From: an uncultured Gemmatimonadaceae bacterium
Lineage (GTDB): Bacteria; Gemmatimonadota; Gemmatimonadetes; Gemmatimonadales; Gemmatimonadaceae
DNA length: 64,000 nt
NCBI GenBank assembly: GCA_963843845.1
Contig: CAWJMB010000002.1
Span: 2,912,001 to 2,976,000 of the forward strand
Direction: 5' to 3'
This document shows positions 52,453-64,000 of the stretch, in pieces. Every line of letters begins with the position of its first letter. Within the stretch, counting starts at the first letter, position 1. The notes beneath the pieces were generated by a model. That model did no database searches. It worked only from the letters and a program-made list of their open reading frames with translations, and had not been told where the DNA came from. A program made the translations under genes and the position numbers.

Positions 52453-53723
52453 CTACCTGCGCAGCGCGCGCACGCCGTCGAGCAGGCGGTCGACCTCCGT
52501 CGGCGGTCGTGTAGCACGCCGCGCCGGCGCGCACGAGCCCGCGCTCCGCGTAGCCGAGCCGGTCGACGCAGACCGACGCGTAGAAGTCGCCGTGCGAGAC
52601 GAACACGCCGCGCGCCGCGAGCGACCGCGCGACGTCCTCCGAGTGCGCGCCGTCGACGACGAACGAGACGGTCGGCGTGCGCGGCGTGCCGGGCGGCGGG
52701 CCGAAGAGCGTCACGCCGTCGATCGCGCCGAGCCCGTCCCACAGGCGCGCGAGGAGCGCCTGCCCGGCGCGTGCAGCGCGTCGAAGGCGCGGGCGAGCCG
52801 CTCGCGCCGCGGGGTCGTCTCCGGCGGCGCCGCCGAGCGACGCGATGAAGTCGACCGCGGCGGCCGCGCCGACGATCCCCTCGTGATTCTGCGTGCCGGT
52901 CTCGAGGCGCTCGGGCGATCGTGTCCGGCGCCGGCTCGAGCTTCGGCACGTCGAGCGACGCGAGCAGCTCGGCGCGCCCCCAGAGCATGCCGACGTGCGG
53001 GCCGTAGAACTTGTACGCCGAGCAGGCGAGGAAGTCGCAGCCGAGCGCCGCGACGTCCACGAGCGTGTGCGGCGCGTAGTGCACCGCGTCGACGAAGACG
53101 AGCGCGCCGACGTCGTGCGCCATGGCGCGCCGCGGCGGCGACGTCGGTGATGGTGCCGAGCGCGTTCGACGCGGCGCCGATCGCGACAGCCGCGTGCGCG
53201 GGCCGAGCGCCGCGGCGAGGTCGTCCCAGTCGAGGCGGCCGGTCGCCGGGTCGATGCGCACGGTGCGCACGGCGACGCCGCGCTCCTCCGCCATCGCCGC
53301 CACGGCGCGACGTTCGCGTGGTGATCGAGCTCGGTGACGACGATCTCGTCGCCGGGGCCGAGCGCGCGCCCGTTCACGCCGCGCCCGATCGCGCGCGCGA
53401 GGTGGAACGTCGAGCGTCGTCATGTTCTGCCCGAACGCGATCTCGTCGGGCGCGCCCGCCGAGCAGATCGGCGCCCGCCGCCGCGCGCGTTCAGCAGCAG
53501 CGCGTCGGTCTCGGCGCTCGTCGGGTAGTCCCAGTGCGTGTTCGCGTTGTGGTGGAACAGGTAGTCGGCCATCGCGTCGACGACGGCGCGCGGCACCTGC
53601 GTGCCGCCGGGCCCGTCGAAGTAGGCGACCGGCTGGCCCGCGTGCACGCGCTCGAGCGCCGGGAACTGCGCACGCATCGGCGGCGACGTCGACCGCCCGG
53701 GCGGTGGCGGCGGTCGCGGTCAC
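52453..53723 (-). CDS. Cysteine desulfurase-like PLP enzyme, multiple frameshifts
   Basis: YFDGPGGTQVP, TELDHHAN, DAVHYAPH, CSAYKFYGPH, ETGTQNHE. Confidence 0.85.
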
Positions 53724-54716
53724 AGCTCCTGCTCCAGCCTGTCGTCCTGCGGCGGGATCGGCGGGATGGGAGCGTCGGCGGCGGCGGCCGGCGTCGGCGC
53801 GGCGGCCGGCGTCGGCGCGGCGGTCGGCGCGCCGATCGTCGCCCCGGCCCACTGCTCGACGAGCTGCGCCGCCTCGACGTGGTCGGCCTCCTCGCCGAGC
53901 GCGGCGTGCGCGAGGCGGAAGAGCTCCGCGGTGAGCTGGATGAGCGGCGCCGGCACCTGCTGCTCGCGCGCGACCTCGGCGGCGATGCCGACGTCCTTGT
54001 CGAGCAGCGCGAGGCGGAACGTGCGCGGGAAGGCGCGCGTCAGCACGCGCTCGGGGAAGAGGTTCATCGACGCGTTCGACCGTCCGCTCGACGCGTTGAT
54101 GACGTCGAGCGCGACGTCGGCGCGCACGCCGGCGCGCTCGAGCGTGGCGAGCCCCTCGGCGGTGCTCCAGATGTGCACGGCGAGCAGCGCGTTGTTCACC
54201 GCCTTCAGCGCGTCGCCGGCGCCGACGGCGCCGCAGTGCACGATCTTCTCGCCGAACGCCTCGAGCACGGGGCGCGCGCGCTCGAGCAGCCGCCGCGTCG
54301 CCGCCGACCATGACGGTGAGCGTGCCCTTCTCCGCGCCGATCGACGCCGCCGCTCACCGGCGCGTCGAGGAAGCCGACGCCGTCGCTCGGCGAGCCGCGC
54401 GGCGATGCGGCGCGACGTCGCCGGGTCGCCCGACGTGCAGTCGACGAGGAGCGCGCCCGGCGCGATCGCGTCGAAGCAGTCCGCCGTCGAGCAGCGCCTC
54501 CACCTCGCGCGACGACGGCAGGCAGGTGATGACGACCTCGGCGCCGCGCACGGCGTCGGCGGGCGTGTCGGCGACGCGCGCGCCGCGTGCTCCGCGGCGA
54601 ACGCGGCGGCGCGCGCGGCCGTGCGGTTCCAGACGGTGAGGCGGAACGGCGGCGCGGCGAGGTGGCGCGGCCATCGGCGCGCCGATCGCGCCGAGGCCGA
54701 GGAAGGCGACGTTCAT
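53720..54716 (-). CDS. 3-hydroxyisobutyrate dehydrogenase family, frameshifted
   Basis: FLGLGAIG, DAPVSGG, KAVNN, F.L.LL.KD. Confidence 0.85.
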
Positions 54717-54775
54717 GAGTCGCGACGAGTGAACTCGGCTCGACTGCCGATCCCCGCACCGTCCCACCGTCGCCG

Positions 54776-55012
54776 ATGCGCACCGCGCACCTCACCATCG
54801 CCGGCATGCGCGCCGTGCACGCCGTCCGCGCCGTCTACACCGCGTTCTCCGGCGTGCCCGGCATCATGCGCGCCGACGTGTCGCTCGGCGCGGCGACCGT
54901 CGAGCACGACGGGACGGTGAGCGAGGCGACGCTGCGGGAGGCCGTCGACCTGGCCGGGTTTCAGGTCACGGGCGTGCGTCACGAGCGCCGCCTCCCCACG
55001 CTCGGCGCGTGA
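54776..55012 (+). CDS. HMA-fold protein lacking CxxC
   Basis: L.IAGMRAVHAVRAV...VPGI..ADVSLG.ATV...AVDLAGF. Confidence 0.7.
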   Translation: MRTAHLTIAGMRAVHAVRAVYTAFSGVPGIMRADVSLGAATVEHDGTVSEATLREAVDLAGFQVTGVRHERRLPTLGA

Positions 55013-55353
55013 GGCGGCGGTGCCACGCGTGCTCCAGGCCTCGGCACGTCCTCGCGTGGCGGCGAGGTCCGCGCGAGGCGCCGCCCCCGGGGTTCGCGCT
55101 CGGCGCCGCGACGGCTCCGTCTCGTGGACCGGGAGCGGCGCAGGCCGATCCGACGAGCGTTAGGCACTGACCCGACCGCTGCACGAACGCCGACCGCGAC
55201 GCCGCACTGGCGCCCTGCGCCCCCCGGCGCCACCGGGCATGCGCCTGGCCGGTCGCCGGCGGCCGCGAGGCGCTTCCCTCCCCGACTAACTTGCCCGCGC
55301 CTCGTCCCCGCGCGCCGACGCCCGGACGCGACCGCTCCTCGGACCCGCCAACC

Positions 55354-56818
55354 ATGATGCCACCCCACGAGACAACGCCGAGCGCCCCGTCGCCGCGCTG
55401 CTCGCGCCGGACATCCTCGACCTGCTCGACGAGGACCCGACAGAGCGTCGCGCGCGAGACCGAGGAGATGCACCCGGCCGACCTCGCCGACGTCGCCGAG
55501 GCGCTGCCCCGAGGAGCGCGTCGTCGAGTTCCTGAGCGCGCTGCCGAACGCCGCGCGCCGCCGACGTGCTCGAGTACCTCGAGCGAGGAGCGTGCGCTCG
55601 CTCGCGCTCGAGGCGATGACGACGCGCCAGGCCGCCGGCGCTCGTCTCCGAGATGACAGCCCGACGACCGCGCCGACGTCCTCGAGGAGCTCGAGGAGGA
55701 GCGGGCCGAGGAGATCCTCCAGGAGATCCCGGCCGAGGCGCGCGCCGAGACCGAGGCGCTGCTGCGAGTACGAGCCCGACTCCGCCGGCGGCCGCATGAC
55801 GACCGAGTTCGTCGTCGGCCGCCGAGACGCTGACGGTCGAGGAGGCGCTGCGCGGCGTGCGCGCGATGGCGCGCAGCGAGCGGCGCGAGGCGATGTACAC
55901 CGTCTACACGACCGACGTGACGGGGCGACTGCTCGGCGTGCTGTCGCTGCGCGAGCTGCTCGCCGCGCCCGAGGGCGCGCGCCTCGCCGACGTCGCGTGG
56001 ACCGAGGTGCAGACCGTGCTGCCGACGCGCCGCGCAGGAGGACGTCGCGCGCCTCGCGCTCGGACTACGACCTCGTCGCCGTGCCGGTGGTCGACGACGG
56101 ACCGCCGACTGCTGGGCGTCGTGACGGTCGACGACGTCATCGACGTCATCGAGGAGGAGCAGACCGAGGACATCCAGAAGCTCGGCGGCATGGAGGCGCT
56201 CGACGAGCCGTACATGGAGATCGGCTTCGGAGCGATGATCCGGAAGCGCGCCGGGTGGCTGTCGCGTGCTGTTCGTCGGCGAGATGTTCACCGCGACCGC
56301 GACGGCGCAGTTCCAGGGGGAGCTGGAGCGCACGGTGATCCTCTCGCTGCTCATGCCGCTCATCATCAGCTCCGGCGGCAACTCCGGGTCGCAGGCGACG
56401 TCGCTCATCATCCGCGCGATGGCGCTGGGCGAGGTGCGGCTGCGCGACTGGTGGCGGGTCGCGTCGCGCGAGCTGCCGACCGGGCTCACGCTCGGCGCGA
56501 TCCTCGGGGTGCTCGGCGCGGCGCGGATCTATCTCTGGCAGTGGATGCACGACCGCGGCGTGCGGCTGTTCGGGCACGCGGTCGGCTACGACTATCGGGC
56601 CGCACCACGGGCTCGTCGCCGCGACGATCGGCGTGTCGGTCGTCGGCGTCGTGACGTTCGGCTCGTTCACGGGCAGCATGCTGCCGTTCCTGCTCCGGCG
56701 CCTCGGACTCGACCCGGCGAGCGCGTCGGCGCCGTTCGTCGCGACGCTCGTCGACGTGACCGGGCTCGTGATCTACTTCACGATCGCGCTCCTCTTCCTG
56801 CGCGGTACGCTGATCTAG
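55354..56818 (+). CDS. mgtE: Magnesium transporter MgtE, multiple frameshifts
   Basis: [45 protein letters not shown]. Confidence 0.9.
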
Positions 56819-57704
56819 TGGCCGGGCGAGACGAAGGCGTCGCACGGGCGACGGCGCTCGTCGCGTTCAGCGCGTGCTGCTTCGGGTCGATCGGCGTGCT
56901 GTCGCTCCTCGCGGACGCACTCCGGCCTCCCGCTCGCGGCGACGATGGCGTGGCGCTACGTGCCGGGGGCGCTCGTGCTCCTCGCGCTGACCGGCGTGAC
57001 GCACGTGCGGACGTCGCCGCGCCGCGCGCTCGCGATGACGCTGATCGCCGGCGGCTGTCAGGCGCTGGTCGCCTGGGTCACGCTGTCGTCACTGCGCTGG
57101 ATCTCGGCGCGCGACGCTCGGCTTTCTCTTCTACACGTATCCCGCGTGGGTCGCCGTGTTCGGCGCCATCCGCGGCACCGAGCGGCTCGACCGGCGGCAG
57201 GTCGTCGCGCTGGCACTGTCGCTGGGCGGCATCGCGCTCATGGTCGGCGGGCCGCGGGCGGCTCGCCTGGCAGGGCGTGTCGCTCGCGCTCGGCGGGGCG
57301 GTGATCTACGCGCTGTATGTGCCCGTACATCGACCGACTCCAGCGCGAGAGCTCGTCGGGGGCGGCGGCGACCTACGTGACCGGCGGCGCCGGGATCCTG
57401 TTCACCGCCGCGGCCGTCGCGACCGGCACCGTCGCGCTTCCGTCGACGGGGCTGGCGTGGCGCGCCGTCGGGCTGCTCGCCGTGGTGTGCACGGCGCTCG
57501 CGTTCATCACGCTCTTCCGCGGACTCGCGACGTTGGGCCCCGTGCGCAGCTCGATCGTGTCCACGGTCGAGCCGTTCTGGACGGCGATCCTCGGCGCGCT
57601 CGTGCTCGCACCAGTCGCTCACCGCGACGAACGTCATCGGCGGCGCGCTGATCGCGGCGGCCGTGCTGCTGTTGCAGCTCGACGCCAGGCGGCGGACGAC
57701 CTAG
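56818..57704 (+). CDS. DMT/EamA transporter, frameshifted
   Basis: FYTYPAWV, SIVSTVEPFWT, hydrophobic helices. Confidence 0.75.
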
Positions 57705-58410
57705 CCCGGACGCCGCTGGCTGCGCGCGTAGACCACCGCCCCGACGACGGCGACGCTCGCGAAGCTGAACCACTGCACGGCGTAGCTCTTGTGCGGCCCC
57801 TCGTCGAGCGCCGGCGCCGCCAGTCGAACCGGCACGTCGCGTCGCGCCGAGTCGCGCGGCGGGTCGAGGACGACGTAGTAGCGGCGTGACCGGCGCGCCG
57901 AACGACTTCGCGAGCGCGTCGACGTCGAGCCAGCGGTAGGCGCGCGCCGTCGAGGCGAGCGCCGCGTCTCCCGCACGGCGCGACGGAATCTCGACCCACC
58001 CGGACGCGACGACCGTCGTGTCGGGCTCCCGCCACCGCGCGGCGTCGATCGCCGTTCCGTTCGGCGAGTAGACCCAGCCGCGGTTCACGAGCACCAGCGT
58101 GTCGGTGCCCGCGACGCGCACCGGCGTCACGACGTTCACGCCCGGGCGATCCGTCGCGCTGCCGGTTCGCGAGCACGACCTCGCGCGCGAACTCGTAGGT
58201 GCCGGCGACGAGCGCGCGACGGTAGTGCACGGCGCCGGAGTCGGTCGGCAGCGCGCGCCACGACGCCGGCGGCGCGGCGAGACGGGCGAGCACCACCGCG
58301 TTCAGCGCGCGTCGTTCGTGCAATCGCGAGAGCTGCCAGATCCCGAGTCGGACGAAGAGCGCGGCCGCGGCGGCCGAGATGAGCAGATAGAGCGTCGTGC
58401 GGCGGGTCAT
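57701..58410 (-). CDS. SURF1 family protein, frameshifted
   Basis: LGIWQLSR, LVNRGWV, H.SYAVQWF. Confidence 0.85.
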
Positions 58411-58436
58411 GACGGATCGACGAGAGAGCGAGCGAC

Positions 58437-59279
58437 TCAGAACAGCGAAATCTGCTCTCCCAACTGATCTGGCATCACCGGCGTCTGCCCGAGGCGGTGC
58501 TGCACGTCGCGCGCGGTCGCCGGCGAGTGTCCGGCGAAGTGGTTGTTGACGTAGACGAAGACCCTCGAGACGAGCGGCGGCATCGCGCGGAGCGCCGGCA
58601 CCCACGCCTCGACTTCACGGGTGCGGTCGACCTGGATCCGCGAGTAGTCGACGAGGTCGCGGTTCGGCCCCATCCACCGCACGTACGCGAACGGCGCGGT
58701 GGGGCGCGCGGCGAGCGCGATCATCGTGCGGCGCGGGATCCAGCGCGCGTCGGTGAGCGCGAGCGCGACGCCGTGCTCGGCGAGCAGCGCGACGACGCCG
58801 TCGGTGATCCAACCGCGGTGGCGGAACTCGACCGCGACCGACACGTCGTTCGGCAGCTCGGGCAGGAACGTCGCGAGCGCCGGCAGCTCGCCCGGCAGGA
58901 AGTCGGGGCCGAGCTGCATGAGGATCGGACCGAGCTTTCCCTCGAGCTCGCGCGCGCGGTCGACGAAGTGCCGCATCTGCTCGAACGCGACGCCGCGCAG
59001 GCGCGCCTCGTGCGTGACCGATTGCGGCATCTTGAGCGCGAACGCGAATCCGTCGGGCACGCGCTCGGCCCACCCGCGCACCGTCTTCACGGACGGCGTC
59101 GCGTAGAAGGTCGAATCGACCTCGACCGTGTCGAAGGCGCGGGCGTAGAGCGTGAGAAAATCGGCCGCGCGCGTGCCCGACGGATAGAACGGCCCGACCC
59201 AGGCGTCGTAGTTCCACCCCTGCGTGCCGACGCGGATCGGGCGAGACGTGACGTGCGTGACGTCCTCGAACAGTGACAT
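58437..59279 (-). CDS. DUF72 domain protein
   Basis: GTQGWNY..W.G.FYP, VEVDSTFY, VEFRH, YVNNH..G. Confidence 0.9.
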   Translation of the reverse strand: MSLFEDVTHVTSRPIRVGTQGWNYDAWVGPFYPSGTRAADFLTLYARAFDTVEVDSTFYATPSVKTVRGWAERVPDGFAFALKMPQSVTHEARLRGVAFEQMRHFVDRARELEGKLGPILMQLGPDFLPGELPALATFLPELPNDVSVAVEFRHRGWITDGVVALLAEHGVALALTDARWIPRRTMIALAARPTAPFAYVRWMGPNRDLVDYSRIQVDRTREVEAWVPALRAMPPLVSRVFVYVNNHFAGHSPATARDVQHRLGQTPVMPDQLGEQISLF

Positions 59280-59418
59280 GTGGGCAATCGGTATCCGGCG
59301 CGAGGACGTGTCAAGCCGGATCCGGGCCGTGCGATCCGCGCCGCAGTGCCGCGCCGGGTCCCCTTTTTGCCTTACTGGGGATGGCTGTCCCTACGCCTTC
59401 TTCGGAGGAGAGGAAATC

Positions 59419-60177
59419 ATGGATGACTTGAATCGCAATACAGACGTCGATACGACGCGCGGCACCCTGGGCGCCGACGCGAACCGCACGGCGCGCGTTG
59501 CAGCTGACACGCGCGACGTCGACAACGGCGCGGGCGACGAGATCGGTGAGGCGGTCGGCGGCATTTCCGGTGTCCTCACCGGCGCGGCGCTCGGCTCGCT
59601 CGGCGGGCCGGTCGGCACGGTGATCGGCGGGATCGCGGGCGCGGTGAGCGGGTGGTGGGCCGGCCGCGCGATCTCCGAGGCCGCGGGGCAGGTCACGGGC
59701 GAGGACGAGGACTACTACCGCACGCATTACGAGGGCTCCGACCGCCGTCTCGCGGATCGTTCGTACGACGACGTCCGTCCGGCGTACCAGGTCGGTCACA
59801 TCGCGGCGCGCAACCCGGACTACCGCGATCGCGGCTTCGAGGACGTCGAGCCCGACCTGCGGCACGGGTGGTCTGCCGACGTGAGCCAGACGCACGGCAA
59901 CTGGGACGATGTGCGTGACTACGCGCGGACGGCCTACGATCGCAGCCGCACGTCGGCCTTCGGCATGGGCGCCGTCGCGGGGTCGTCGACGTCGAGCGGT
60001 GCGGACGACACCGGCGAGCGCCTCGCCGACCGCGCCGAGAACACGTGGGACCGCACGAAGGACGCGGCGCGCGACGCCGGCCACCGCGCGGCGAATGCGA
60101 TCGACGACATGAAGGACCGCGTCGACGGCGACCCGGCCTCGCGCCCGGGAACCGACCCGACGGACCGTCGCTTCTGA
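59419..60177 (+). CDS. Glycine-zipper hydrophilic (stress-type) protein
   Basis: GGAGAGG RBS; GAALGSLGGPVGTVIGGIAG; EDYYR...Y.D..PAY..G; LEA-like tail. Confidence 0.75.
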   Translation: MDDLNRNTDVDTTRGTLGADANRTARVAADTRDVDNGAGDEIGEAVGGISGVLTGAALGSLGGPVGTVIGGIAGAVSGWWAGRAISEAAGQVTGEDEDYYRTHYEGSDRRLADRSYDDVRPAYQVGHIAARNPDYRDRGFEDVEPDLRHGWSADVSQTHGNWDDVRDYARTAYDRSRTSAFGMGAVAGSSTSSGADDTGERLADRAENTWDRTKDAARDAGHRAANAIDDMKDRVDGDPASRPGTDPTDRRF

Positions 60178-60213
60178 GCGAGGTCGGCTGACGGCGCGGC
60201 CCGACGATCCTGC

Positions 60214-61739
60214 CTAACGGTAGGTCTCGAAGAAGCCGCTCCCCTCGCCCGTCACCGGCCGGCCGTTCACGCGGCCGGTGACGCGCAGGCGCCCTTTCAT
60301 CTGCACGAAGTACGGACGTACGAGCCGGCGCGCCGCCTCCGCCTCCCCGCGTTCGATGAAGCCGAGCCGCGTATCGGTCGCGGTCGCGTCGTCCACGATG
60401 AGCTCGACCCGCAATGTGTCTCCCCCGCGGGCGTCGAGCATCACCCCGCTCGACGGAACGCGCACCGCCTCCCCGGCCACGGTGATCGTCCTGTCGTCGA
60501 CGTACGCGATGTCGCCGGGCCGGAACAGCGCCTGAAAGCCGTCGCGATCGACGAGGTAGAGGAAGAGCGACGAGCGAGTGCCCAACGAATCGGGCGGCTG
60601 CACGCGGCCGTAGAGCAGCGTGTACTCGCCCGCGCGTCCGGCGCCCCACTCCCACGTCACGCCGCTGCCACCCGCCCCAGTTGTGATCGTGGTACGCCTG
60701 CACCGCGTCGTATCGCTCGCAGCGCGGCGCGCCGGCCGCGCCCACGCAGATCGAGCCGGTCGCGTCGGCGCGCAGCCCGGCGACGGCGTAGCCGGACGCG
60801 AAGTCGCCGCTCTCGAGCGTCGCGCCCGGGAAGTACGCCCGCGGCTGCGGGCGCCACCACGAGGTCGACGACGATCGGCTCGCCGCCGCGCTCCGCGCGG
60901 GCCTCGGCGTGCACGGCGTAGTCGCCGTTCGGCAGCACGCGCACGGTCGACGTGCCGATCGTCAGGTCCGCGTCGCTGCGTCGAGAAGCGTACGGCGTCG
61001 CTGCCGAACGTCGCGCTGTAGCGGCGGCCCTCGCGCGCGCCCTGCACGTGCAGTCGTGACGAGCACCTGCCCGCCCCACCGCCCGCTCGCGCGCCCCGCG
61101 ACGTCGCCGGCGACGATGAACGAGACGAACGCCCACCGCGTGCGATCCGCGGAGAGCACGTTGAAGTAGTGCCACTCCGCCCACGAGTCGGGGCGTGCGA
61201 GTCCTGCGGGCGGCAGTGTGGAAGTGATCGATGTCGTGGCGCAGCTCGGCGAGCGTCGGGCGCGACCAGCGGCGGTCGCCGTCGTCGTCGCGCCACGCGC
61301 CGGCACGCGAGCGACACGGCGCCCCCGACGGCCGCCGTCGCCGACGGCACCTCGCCGCTCGCGCGCACCGGGAGCTCGCGCCCGTCGGCGGAGACGGAGG
61401 TAGAGCAGCTTCCCTTCGATCTGCGGCGCGACGGCACGGACGGACGTCCCGAGGCGGGGTGCGCCGAGCAGCTGCTGCTGTACGAAACGCGCGTTGGGGA
61501 TCGAGAAGTACAGCCCGCCGAGCCCGCCCATGCGCAGCACCTCGAGGTCGACGCCCTCGGGCAGCACGGTGATCTCGCCGCCGCCGACGAGCCGCCGGTC
61601 GCGCGCCTGCGCGACGAGCGCCTCGCCGACCGAGAGCAGCACGATCATCACGCTCACGCCGATCGCGAAGCCGGCGAGCAGCAGCAGCGAGCGCCACGGG
61701 TCGCTGCGCGAGGTTGCGGAACGCCAGCAGCGAGATCAT
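60214..61739 (-). CDS. ABC-permease N-terminal segment fused to AttH/CrtC-like domain, multiple frameshifts
   Basis: LAFRNL..RP.RS TM start; [23 protein letters not shown] motifs. Confidence 0.65.
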
Positions 61740-62506
61740 CCGACGCGCGCCCCCCGAGGCAGCGCATCGTCGGGAGGCGGCGCGGTCGGCGTCGGGCGCG
61801 TCTCGCCGTCCGCGACGATCCGGCCGTCGGCCATGTGGACGACGCGCCGCGCCGCCTGCGCGAGCCGCTCGTCGTGCGTCACGACGACGATCGTCGTGCC
61901 GTCGGCATTCAACCGCTGGAACAGCGCGATGATCTCGGCGCCCGTCCGCGCGTCGAGCTCGCCGGTCGGCTCGTCGGCGAGGACGAGGGCGGCGGCGGTT
62001 CGCGAGCGCGCGCGCGATCGCGACGCGCTGCTGCTCGCCGCCGGAGAGCTGCGCCGGCCGGTGCGCCTCGCGCGCCGCCAGCCCGACGTACGAGAGCAGC
62101 TCGCGCGCCCGCGCCCGCCGAGCGTCAGCTGCACGCCGGCCTCCGCCATCGGCAGCTCGACGTTCTCGCGCGCCGAGAGCGTCGGCATGAGGTAGAAGCG
62201 CTGGAACACGAAGCCGACGCGCCGCAGGCGGAACCCGGTCGCCTCGCGGTCGCCGAACGTCGCCACGTCGCGCCCGTCGATCTCGACCACCCCGCTCGTC
62301 GGCCGGTCGACGCCGCCGAGGACGTTGAGCAGCGTCGACTTGCCGCAGCCGGACGGCCCGACGATCGCGACGTACTCGCCGGCCGCGACGTCGAACGACA
62401 CCCCGCGCAGCGCGTCGACGCGCTGGCCGCCGAGGGTGAACGAGCGGGAGACGTCGGTGAGGGCGATGAGTGCCCTGCTCGCCAGGCCAGGACCCTGCGC
62501 GGTCAT
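61736..62506 (-). CDS. ABC transporter ATP-binding protein (LolD/MacB type), frameshifted
   Basis: [24 protein letters not shown]. Confidence 0.9.
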   Translation of the reverse strand: MTAQGPGLASRALIALTDVSRSFTLGGQRVDALRGVSFDVAAGEYVAIVGPSGCGKSTLLNVLGGVDRPTSGVVEIDGRDVATFGDREATGFRLRRVGFVFQRFYLMPTLSARENVELPMAEAGVQLTLGGRGRASCSRTSGWRRARRTGRRSSPAASSSASRSRARSRTAAALVLADEPTGELDARTGAEIIALFQRLNADGTTIVVVTHDERLAQAARRVVHMADGRIVADGETRPTPTAPPPDDALPRGARVG

Positions 62507-63718
62507 CCGACCGCCTCCTCGCGCAGCGTCCGCGAGATCGGGAGCGAGCCGGCGCGCCAGGCGGGGTAGATCCCGGCGAGCACGCCGCCCGAGACGAGGA
62601 GAGCGAGCGCGCGCCACGCCGCGCCGGCGCGGAAGACGAAGAACTCGAACGCGGCCGGCAGTCCGGGGAAGTCGGCGAGGATCGTGTTCAGGTAGCGCGC
62701 CGTGACGGTGCCCAAGGCGAGCCCGACGAGCGCGCCGGCGACGCTCAGCGCGAGCCCCTCGAGCACGATCTGCTGCACGACGTGGCCGCGGCTCACGCCG
62801 ATCGCGCGCAGCACCGCGATCTCGCCGACGCGCTCGTTCACACTCACGGTGACGAGCGTCGCGACGAGGAGGAAGCCGATCGCCAGGCTGATCGCGCCGA
62901 GGATGAAGGCGAGCTGGCGGAAGTAGCTCAGTCGCTGCTCGACCTGCGCCATCGCGCTCGACGTCGACACGACGGTCACGCGCGGGAGGCGCCGTTCGGC
63001 GTCTCGCTTCACGGCTTCGACGTCGACGCCGTCGCGCACCTGCGCCATGAACGCGCGTCACCCGGTCGCGCCCGGCGTCGCCGCGCATCGCCTGCAGCTC
63101 GGTCAGCGGCAGCGCGACGAGCGCCGTCGACGCGGCGCCGAAGTAGAAGCGCGCGACGCCGGAGACGACGACGCGGCGTCGCCCGCCGTACGTGCGAAGC
63201 TGCGGGTCGAAGGACGCGGCCACGTCGAGGGTGTCGCCGACCTGCACGCCGGCGGCGCGCAGGAACTGCTCGCTCGCGACGAGCCGGTCGGGCGCGGAGG
63301 ATGTCCTCACCGCGCAGCAGCTGCGTAGTCGCCCTGCACCGCCGGATCGTCGCCCAGGGCGAAGCCCGTGAGCAGCGGCGCGCCGTCGACGCCGCGGCGG
63401 CCGGGCGTCCCGAGCACGTGCAGCGGGCTCCCGGCGATCGGGCTCACGCGGAGGATGCGCGGGTCGGCACGGAGCGCGGCCGTGATCTCGGAGGCGCGGT
63501 CGATCGTCGCCTCGGTGTCGAACGGCAGCGTGCCCTTCGGCGTCACGCGGAGCTGGAAGCCGCTCGTCAGCAGCAGGTCGCGGAACGACTCGCTCATGCC
63601 GGTCGCGAGCATCACCATGTCGAGCAGCAGCGCCGCGGACACCGCCACGCCGAGCAGCGGCGAGCAGCGTGCGCGCGCGGTGGCGCACGAGCGACGGCGA
63701 GGGCGAGCGCGGACGCAT
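62503..63718 (-). CDS. ABC permease (FtsX/MacB type), frameshifted
   Basis: [24 protein letters not shown]. Confidence 0.85.
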
Positions 63719-64000
63719 CACCGCCCGAACAGCGCGAGCGGCGGCGTGCGCGCGAGCCGCTGCGCGGCGAGGAATCCGGCGACGACGCCGAGCGCGAGCG
63801 AGAGCACCGTGGCGAGCGTCACGACGCTCGGGGGTCAGCGACGCGAACGCGAGCGGCGTGCGGTAGACGTCGCTGGTAGTGCGCGTTGATCGCGAGCGTG
63901 CCGACCCAGCCGACCGCGATGCCGATCACCCTCCCGAGGAGCGACACGAGTGCCGCCTCGAGCACGAGCGCCACGACGACCGTGCGCGCGCGAGATCCCC
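63718..64000 (-). CDS. ABC permease C-terminus (partial)
   Basis: GISR..VV..LVLEAA TM segment; stop overlaps the next start. Confidence 0.65.

Noticed and set aside
55013..55353. M-box riboswitch or leader peptide upstream of mgtE
   Set aside because: No recognisable M-box core; probable -10 (TAACTT ~55287) leaves only a short leader

Overview
A 64-kb, very GC-rich (roughly 70-75% by eye) chromosomal segment from a diderm bacterium. It has TonB-dependent receptor, TolC and beta-barrel genes, and gene content and small hypothetical proteins suggest Gemmatimonadota (inference). It holds about 58 mostly housekeeping or stress genes: queC-queE, hemY/hemA/hemH, rnz, a DEAD-box helicase, mgtE, an RND pump and an Att-like ABC operon, plus tRNA-Gln(CTG) and tRNA-Ala(CGC). 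I saw no phage, IS, integrase, CRISPR or recognisable defence system. Many genes carry clustered 1-nt indels (21.6-25.2 kb, 52.4-58.2 kb, 60.6-64 kb), which look like long-read consensus errors. The best candidate for an undescribed system is the 34.7-41.8 kb neutral-lipid locus. There, PhaR and patatin face an operon of WS/DGAT, a stand-alone ~120-aa domain, an HMG-CoA-reductase-like enzyme carrying a copy of that domain and altered HMG-carboxylate contacts, and an ABC1/UbiB kinase. Other notable items: a eukaryote-type UDP-galactopyranose mutase next to a GH1 fused to a catalytically dead RmlD; several pseudo-enzymes (IrrE-like, Cys-less HMA); a small domain seen four times in three genes; a recurrent GTTAGGC heptamer that introduces rare TTA codons; and several apparently leaderless genes.
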